Made by a program: the position numbers and the translations under genes. Positions 58,554 to 64,000 of a DNA stretch of 64,000 bases are shown here, piece after piece; position 1 is the first letter of the stretch, and each line of letters begins with the position of its first letter. Origin of the DNA: a virus (taxonomy: Duplodnaviria > Caudoviricetes); IMG/VR virus record IMGVR_UViG_3300034126_000020, positions 192,001-256,000 of that record; one strand, 5' to 3'. The notes under the pieces were generated by a model. That model did no database searches. It was given only the letters and a program-made list of their open reading frames with translations, and had not been told where the DNA came from.

Positions 58554-58586
58554 CATAAAGGCAGGGGCTGATGCCCCTGCCCTATG
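58554..58586. terminator. CATA...TATG-bounded hairpin at a convergent junction
   Basis: GGCAGGGGC-TGAT-GCCCCTGCC flanked by CATA and TATG. Confidence 0.75.
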
Positions 58587-58592
58587 TTCGCT

Positions 58593-59615
58593 TTACAGGC
58601 CGGCCTTCTTGATAAGGTTCAGCAGCAGTTCAGAGTGCAGCGCTTGAGCGAGGCCGATTGGGACGCCCTTCATACCAAACTGGTTGCAGTATTCGAAGAT
58701 GCCCCACTTCTCATCTTCGGTGATAAACAGATCCACTGACGACAATGGACCAATCACCGTCAGTACCAGTTCACGCAGGCCTTCAAGATCAGCGCCGCCC
58801 AGTACGTCATTGATAGCGCAGATGTCGTTACCCTTGGCGCTGTTGGTTTCAGAGCCCGTGGCTTGAGCCAGACCGGTGTTGTCCTTGTCACGGATGTTGC
58901 GACGTTGGCAGTACGCGATCTCACCGCCTTGACCTGTCAGGAGACGGTATTCTAACTTGATGCCGGGTACATAGTCCTGAATGCAGAAGCCCTGAGACTG
59001 GATGGCTGTCAGACCTTCGTTCTCGAACTTCTCAGCAGAGGTTGCATACTTGAACGACGGGTCGTACTTATGCAGCTCAGGCAAGACGTCAGCCAGTTGA
59101 GTACGGCCTGTCTTTAGGCCATCAAGAACGTCCACCACAGCAGTCAATGGAATCTTGTCCGGGTCAATGAGGAACTGACCAATACCACGAGCCCCGTCCA
59201 GCGGCTTGACCACGACGCGGTTGTCCGGGTTCACCAATTGACTGAAGCCGTGCAGTTGTGGGTTGTGATGCATCGTCAGCGGATAGAAGTTCTTGAACAG
59301 GTGTTCGTTTTCTTCATCGCTGTTCAGTTCCACCGCAGCCAAGAGACGCAGTTGTTGCTCGACCTTGTTGTACCGCTTGATGGTGTGCATCCGACGGGGA
59401 GGGAGCAGGTTCTGCATGTCCATGCCGTCGATCTTCAAGGAGCCGTCATTGACGACCACGTCGAAGTTGAAGCGGGCATGTCCACCGTTGATGCTCATCT
59501 GTGGATCACGGTGGAAGTAGACCTCGTAGTTACCGTTATCCAGTGACATCCCTTGACTCAGTACATCCCAATTGTTCATGGCATGGGAGGCCACTACGAC
59601 ATTGATACGCTTCAT
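58593..59615 (-). CDS. ATP-grasp (RimK-like) ligase
   Basis: VVVKPLDGARGIG, IQDYVPG...EYRL, SVDLF...GIFEYCNQFG. Confidence 0.75.
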   Translation of the reverse strand: MKRINVVVASHAMNNWDVLSQGMSLDNGNYEVYFHRDPQMSINGGHARFNFDVVVNDGSLKIDGMDMQNLLPPRRMHTIKRYNKVEQQLRLLAAVELNSDEENEHLFKNFYPLTMHHNPQLHGFSQLVNPDNRVVVKPLDGARGIGQFLIDPDKIPLTAVVDVLDGLKTGRTQLADVLPELHKYDPSFKYATSAEKFENEGLTAIQSQGFCIQDYVPGIKLEYRLLTGQGGEIAYCQRRNIRDKDNTGLAQATGSETNSAKGNDICAINDVLGGADLEGLRELVLTVIGPLSSVDLFITEDEKWGIFEYCNQFGMKGVPIGLAQALHSELLLNLIKKAGL

Positions 59616-59701
59616 GAAACACTCCTTTATTGGCTATAGGAGACGAACCCTATTTAAAACTTTACTGGATCATTCCTATGAATATATCTGGAGGGTTAAC
59701 C

Positions 59702-59872
59702 ATGGCTAAGTGTTGGACTCCTATACAGGAACGCTACCTGCGCTTCAAGATGGCAAGTCCGTTAAGACGTCTTGAGATGTACCTTGAATGCGGACCTAAA
59801 CCTGCTCCTCGGAAATCCCCTGTAGGTGAGCCGCATTGGAGAGACCTTCTTAACGAACAACGAGCGAGATAA
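59702..59872 (+). CDS. Small basic hypothetical protein (56 aa)
   Basis: GGAGG RBS before MAKCWTP. Confidence 0.5.
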   Translation: MAKCWTPIQERYLRFKMASPLRRLEMYLECGPKPAPRKSPVGEPHWRDLLNEQRAR

Positions 59873-59876
59873 TTCC

Positions 59877-60095
59877 ATGACCGATTCCATTCTGCCAATA
59901 CGTCGCCGTAAACCACTTGTGCCTCGTTTTCCACGTACGCTCGGTGATAGCGATTGGCTGTTGAAGAAGTTAAGAGAAGCGAACAGTCCAGAGAACGAAC
60001 AGTTCCGTCGTGACTACCTCGGTCAATGGACCGTACAGCCTGCTGATAAGGAAAAGCCCGATGGACCTGATCGTCAAACCGACCGTCAACTGTAA
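59877..60095 (+). CDS. Small hypothetical protein (72 aa)
   Basis: Starts 4 nt after the previous stop; overlaps the rSAM3 start. Confidence 0.45.
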   Translation: MTDSILPIRRRKPLVPRFPRTLGDSDWLLKKLREANSPENEQFRRDYLGQWTVQPADKEKPDGPDRQTDRQL

Positions 60096-61146
60096 CTTCA
60101 AGTGCACGTTCTGCTCGAGCACTCATCTCTCTGAAGACGCCACCGACATTGTTGAGTTGGCCCAGATCGAGGAGTTCATCCAGCGGTTCCACACGCACAC
60201 GATCATCATCAACGGCGGTGATCCTCTGATGATGCCTCCAGAGTACTACTGGAAGCTGATCGAGATCCTCGACAAGCATGGCAGTGAGGCCAGCATTAGT
60301 TTCACCTCTAACCTGTGGCCGTTCTACAAGAAGCCAGAGTTATGGGAGGAGTTGCTCAAACACCCCCGTCTGGGCGTCACAACGTCCTTCCAGTACGGCG
60401 ACAAGCGTTTGAAGGGCGATGGTACAGTCTTCAGCGAAGAGGACTTCTGGAACGTCTCAGACATGTTCCTGGAGCGCATCGGTTACCGCCCGGGTTTCAT
60501 TGCGGTGATCGACAAGGACAATGAACACACAGTCCTTGATACGGTGCGTCTGGCTCAGAAGATGGACGTCGAAGCCAAGATCAACCATGTGGTCGCTTCG
60601 GGCCCCGTGGTTGTGAAGAAAGGGATTGCCATGGGCAGTATCGACAACTTCTTTACGCAGGCTGACATCTACGGCCACTACATCGAGATCTACAACGCCG
60701 GCTTGATGGAGTGGGAATACAACACCAAGCAGATGGCGAAGAAGCTCAAGCATCAGCACACGACCTGTCCATTGGCGCGTGAGTGTGATTCGGGCATCCG
60801 TACACTGCAACCGGGTGGTGGTTACTTCTCCTGTGGTTCTTTTGCAGATGACGGGGCGTACCCGATCGACTTCAAAACCGAGATGGACGGTGGGATGGTC
60901 TATCCATTGCAGAACCAGCCGGAACTGCAAAGCATGAAAGACTCGTGCTACATCTGTCCGATGTTCAACATCTGTAATGGGTGTCGGAAGACGATCTCTG
61001 ACACCAAGCGCATGGGGCTGACTGAACAGCACTGTCGCAAGATGAAGAGTCAAGCTGCCCAGATCATCGAAATCAATGGCATGTCCGCTCACCTAGAGCC
61101 GACGCCGTACGAAGATGAATCCCTTCCCTTGATTGCACGAGGTTGA
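60061..61146 (+). CDS. Radical SAM/SPASM protein 3
   Basis: MDLIVKPTVNCNFKCTFC, INGGDP, C-terminal CP....C...SC...CxxC....CNGC...C. Confidence 0.92.
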   Translation: MDLIVKPTVNCNFKCTFCSSTHLSEDATDIVELAQIEEFIQRFHTHTIIINGGDPLMMPPEYYWKLIEILDKHGSEASISFTSNLWPFYKKPELWEELLKHPRLGVTTSFQYGDKRLKGDGTVFSEEDFWNVSDMFLERIGYRPGFIAVIDKDNEHTVLDTVRLAQKMDVEAKINHVVASGPVVVKKGIAMGSIDNFFTQADIYGHYIEIYNAGLMEWEYNTKQMAKKLKHQHTTCPLARECDSGIRTLQPGGGYFSCGSFADDGAYPIDFKTEMDGGMVYPLQNQPELQSMKDSCYICPMFNICNGCRKTISDTKRMGLTEQHCRKMKSQAAQIIEINGMSAHLEPTPYEDESLPLIARG

Positions 61147-61147
61147 C

Positions 61148-61363
61148 ATGTCCTTTCCTATCTTGGATCAAATGGCGTTCTTTCCACCCGGTCATGAAGT
61201 CAAGCTTCAGATCCCTGAGGTCTTGAAGAAGATCGTCCTCAAGCGCTGCGTTGAAAGCGTTGATGACTTCCTCGACGTGGTCAGTGATTCCCGGGGTCTT
61301 AAACTGAGCCCTTATCAACGAGATTTCTACAAATGCCTAAGTCAAGAATCAACGTCTCGCTGA
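61148..61363 (+). CDS. Small hypothetical protein (71 aa) in the radical SAM cluster
   Basis: Starts 1 nt after the rSAM3 stop; overlaps rSAM4. Confidence 0.6.
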   Translation: MSFPILDQMAFFPPGHEVKLQIPEVLKKIVLKRCVESVDDFLDVVSDSRGLKLSPYQRDFYKCLSQESTSR

Positions 61364-62265
61364 ACCCGTGGTACTACTGCAACTTCCGGTGTGACTTCTG
61401 TTACCTCACCGAGCAACAGTTGAGCGACAAGCAGTTCATCCCGCTGGACGTCTTTGAACAACGCATCGACGAACTGCTGGAGCACTTCGAGATCGGTCAC
61501 ATCGACATCTACGGTGGGGAAGTCTTCCTGTTGCCTCAGCAGTACCTGATGGACATCAAAGACATCCTGCACATGCGGGGCATTGATGACATCGTGGTCG
61601 TCACCAACCTGTCGCATGTACCGGACATCGCTCATGACCCAGCGTTCGACATCTCGGTGTCGTATGACTTCGGGGCTCGTGAGAAGCACGACCAGGTGTT
61701 GCAGAACATCTTCCAACTCAGCAACAAGTTCAACATCCTGACGTTGGCCGGCCGTACGTTCTTGGATCTGGTGACCCCAGACGAATACGTGCAGACCATG
61801 AACGGGTTCCCACATCTGAAAGGCTGTGAGATCAAACCGTACAGTTCTAACCAAGCCAACGATCAGGACGTGTCGTTTAAGGAATTCGAAGAGTTCGTCT
61901 GGGCTGTCATCAAACACCCCGAACGTAACTTCTATTTCGAGAACGAGACTCAGGTCAAGGAAGCGGTAGACGGTAGCCGCAATGCTTTCTCTGATGACCA
62001 CATCTACATCACTCCAACCGGCGATTACGCCGTACTGGAGTTTGACAAGAATGACCGCGAGTTCTTCCTGACAGTAGACGGCATCGAAGGATACCTCGAC
62101 TGGTGCGGGAAAGAGTATGAGCGAGTAGCGGACAATCCGTTCTGTGCATCGTGTACGTTCCACGGCGGGTGCCTCTCTGAGCACTTGCGGGAAGTCACAA
62201 CCCTTGAGAACTCCTGTAACGGGTTCCGGGGTCTCTTGTTAAAGTGGGTGGAGCATGGAACTTAA
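61333..62265 (+). CDS. Radical SAM protein 4 (SPASM/twitch-like C-terminus)
   Basis: CNFRCDFC, IYGGE, C-terminal CASC....CLSEH...SC. Confidence 0.9.
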   Translation: MPKSRINVSLNPWYYCNFRCDFCYLTEQQLSDKQFIPLDVFEQRIDELLEHFEIGHIDIYGGEVFLLPQQYLMDIKDILHMRGIDDIVVVTNLSHVPDIAHDPAFDISVSYDFGAREKHDQVLQNIFQLSNKFNILTLAGRTFLDLVTPDEYVQTMNGFPHLKGCEIKPYSSNQANDQDVSFKEFEEFVWAVIKHPERNFYFENETQVKEAVDGSRNAFSDDHIYITPTGDYAVLEFDKNDREFFLTVDGIEGYLDWCGKEYERVADNPFCASCTFHGGCLSEHLREVTTLENSCNGFRGLLLKWVEHGT

Positions 62266-63313
62266 ACACGTAGAGCATCGGCAGCGATTGGAGATCACCC
62301 TCGACATCTTCCGAGGGTGTCAACACCATTGTTCAGGTTGCATGATTGATAAACAGTTGGGGGGAGACGTCGATGACATCCCTCAGTTGGCAATCATGAT
62401 CAAAGAGATGGTTGATGCAGGGTATGTTGCGTTTGACATGGGGATCGGTCCCACTGACTACATGTCTTCTGATAACACCTCTGACGTCATGACCCATCCG
62501 GTCTTTCAAGAAATGGCTCAGTGGTTTCATCAGGTCACGTTCAATGCTGCCTTCCTCGAGAAGGACATGGACAAGTACAAGACCATGTGCGAAGAGATCG
62601 ACCAAGCCATTCCGGGTAAGGCCGTTCGCTTCCTGATGCCTGCGGCTCCGCACTTCTTCAAGAGCGAGAAGTTCGGGGACATGATCAGTGAGAAGCTTGC
62701 GTTCGTCAAAGAGCACCTGAAGGTCGCTTACTTGAACGAGGCAGGCTTCGTGGTCAACTGCACTCACGAGACGGTGGGTGAAGACTTCGATGACTTGATG
62801 AAGAATGGGTTCGCTGTGGACTTCCCGGTGGACAAGGACGACATCTTGAACATCCCCTATGGTCGTCTCAAGGTCAAAGACCTGATGACCGCTCAGCGGA
62901 TCACCCGGATGTCTCACCGCATCACGCAGTTCTACTCAGGACTGAATGGCACGGATGAACGTCGTCGCAATCCTGACCTTTGTTACCACACCGGGACGAT
63001 GGTCAACCTGTTGTACACGGCAGGCAAGCTGTATTGGGTGCCTTTCCTTAAAGACGACTGTCCGTTCCTTGAGGACGAGTTCGTCGTTCCTCGCCCCTGG
63101 TCTATGGATAACCTTCTGAACACGCGTCAGAAGGCCATGGAGCGCGCTATGGAGTATCTGAAGGACACTCCGTGCATGAGTTGCGTCTACATGAGTAGTT
63201 GCAGCGAAAAAGGGATCATCAACATCATGGAACGGATGCAAATCCGTGAATGCCTCGTGGGGTTGCAGTATGTCGACAATGATTCAGAGCAGAGCGTTCA
63301 ACCTAACGCTTGA
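62255..63313 (+). CDS. Divergent radical SAM-like protein 5
   Basis: CQHHCSGC; no GGE motif (IGPTD instead); C-terminal CMSC....C...C. Confidence 0.75.
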   Translation: MELKHVEHRQRLEITLDIFRGCQHHCSGCMIDKQLGGDVDDIPQLAIMIKEMVDAGYVAFDMGIGPTDYMSSDNTSDVMTHPVFQEMAQWFHQVTFNAAFLEKDMDKYKTMCEEIDQAIPGKAVRFLMPAAPHFFKSEKFGDMISEKLAFVKEHLKVAYLNEAGFVVNCTHETVGEDFDDLMKNGFAVDFPVDKDDILNIPYGRLKVKDLMTAQRITRMSHRITQFYSGLNGTDERRRNPDLCYHTGTMVNLLYTAGKLYWVPFLKDDCPFLEDEFVVPRPWSMDNLLNTRQKAMERAMEYLKDTPCMSCVYMSSCSEKGIINIMERMQIRECLVGLQYVDNDSEQSVQPNA

Positions 63314-64000
63314 GATTCTGCAAGGCTGTAAGTTCCAATGCGTCGGTTGCATGGTGGACAAGGACTTTGATCCAGGTCCCTTCAACAAAGACCGTCGAGA
63401 ACTGTTGGACATGGTCGATGACATGAAAGCTGCTGGCTATCGCCTGCGAGAGTTCACTGTCGGGCCGGTGGACGTCATTGCCTCCAAGGCAGGTGTGGAC
63501 ATCCTTGACCATCCGTTGATCTTCCAACTGGCTCAGCGCTACGATTCGATGGTGCTGCCGTTGGCTCTGTTGACGGACGACGGGTTGGAAGAGCTGTGTG
63601 AGAAGGTCAACTTCTTGATGAAGGGTAAATCCTTCACCATCGCTACACCGTTCCCGCTCAAGAGCACGTACAACCCCAAGCATCAGGACCTGATCAACCG
63701 CCGTGTGCAGTTCATCATTGACCACTTGCCGGATGTGAAGTTCGAGTTGCTTTACTTGACCGTGAACATGACGGGTGACTCCATTGACCAGTTCAGTGTC
63801 GAGACCAATCGTGACATCCATCAGCTGGACTTTGGGGTCAAACGCTTGGTGGAGTACGTGTTCCCTCATGTGCGCAAAGGGTTCGACGACCTGCTCAACC
63901 GTTCTGCCTTCCTGAGGGCCTTTGGTAAGTTCTGTGACGTGATTCACGATTGCAAGGACACCGAGTTCACCAGGTACCTGATCAAGCCTCTGGCGGACTC
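63279..64000 (+). CDS. Divergent radical SAM-like protein 6 (truncated by the window end)
   Basis: Not in the track. Manual translation MIQSRAFNLTLEILQGCKFQCVGCMVDKDFDPG...VGPVD..., open to 64000; paralogue of protein 5. Confidence 0.75.
   Translation, partial: MIQSRAFNLTLEILQGCKFQCVGCMVDKDFDPGPFNKDRRELLDMVDDMKAAGYRLREFTVGPVDVIASKAGVDILDHPLIFQLAQRYDSMVLPLALLTDDGLEELCEKVNFLMKGKSFTIATPFPLKSTYNPKHQDLINRRVQFIIDHLPDVKFELLYLTVNMTGDSIDQFSVETNRDIHQLDFGVKRLVEYVFPHVRKGFDDLLNRSAFLRAFGKFCDVIHDCKDTEFTRYLIKPLAD

Noticed and set aside
59650-59695. Host sigma70-like promoter in the divergent gap before the small ORFs
   Set aside because: TTTACT is present, but no convincing -10 hexamer lies at 16-18 nt spacing; too weak to call.
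1-64000. Alternative genetic code, tRNA/rRNA genes, IS elements
   Set aside because: Genes are intact and tightly packed under the standard code. No cloverleaf, rRNA-like sequence, transposase or terminal inverted repeats were recognised.

Overview
This 64-kb window is part of a phiKZ-like jumbo phage genome (nucleus-forming Chimalliviridae-type myovirus). The assignment rests on recognisable core genes: tail sheath and tube, gp175-type prohead protease, four split virion RNA polymerase subunits (including the DFDGD catalytic fragment), a tape-measure protein with lytic transglycosylase, a RecA/UvsX-like protein, RNase H, an SbcC/Rad50 ATPase, central spike plus PAAR, and two repeat-rich tail fibres. 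phiKZ gp numbers are recalled family resemblances, not database hits. The most striking element is the last ~10.4 kb, directly downstream of the fibre genes. It holds a JmjC oxygenase, six radical-SAM proteins (five with Cys-rich SPASM-like C-termini visible; the sixth is cut by the window edge), accessory ORFs, and an inverted ATP-grasp gene. It also holds a 178-aa protein ending in CHTSCHVSCHSSRGRR, a His-Xaa-Ser repeat that looks like a RiPP-style modification substrate. Together these suggest a phage-encoded protein/peptide maturation system. Other highlights are: a SUKH/SMI1 immunity domain fused behind a protease-type site on a capsid protein; a T4 gp30.3-like NADAR; a family of hairpins bounded by CATA/TATG; and a repeated ~20-bp promoter-like motif in front of accessory genes. 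No tRNA, rRNA, CRISPR array, intron or intein was recognised. All calls are by eye, without database searches, so novelty claims need confirmation.
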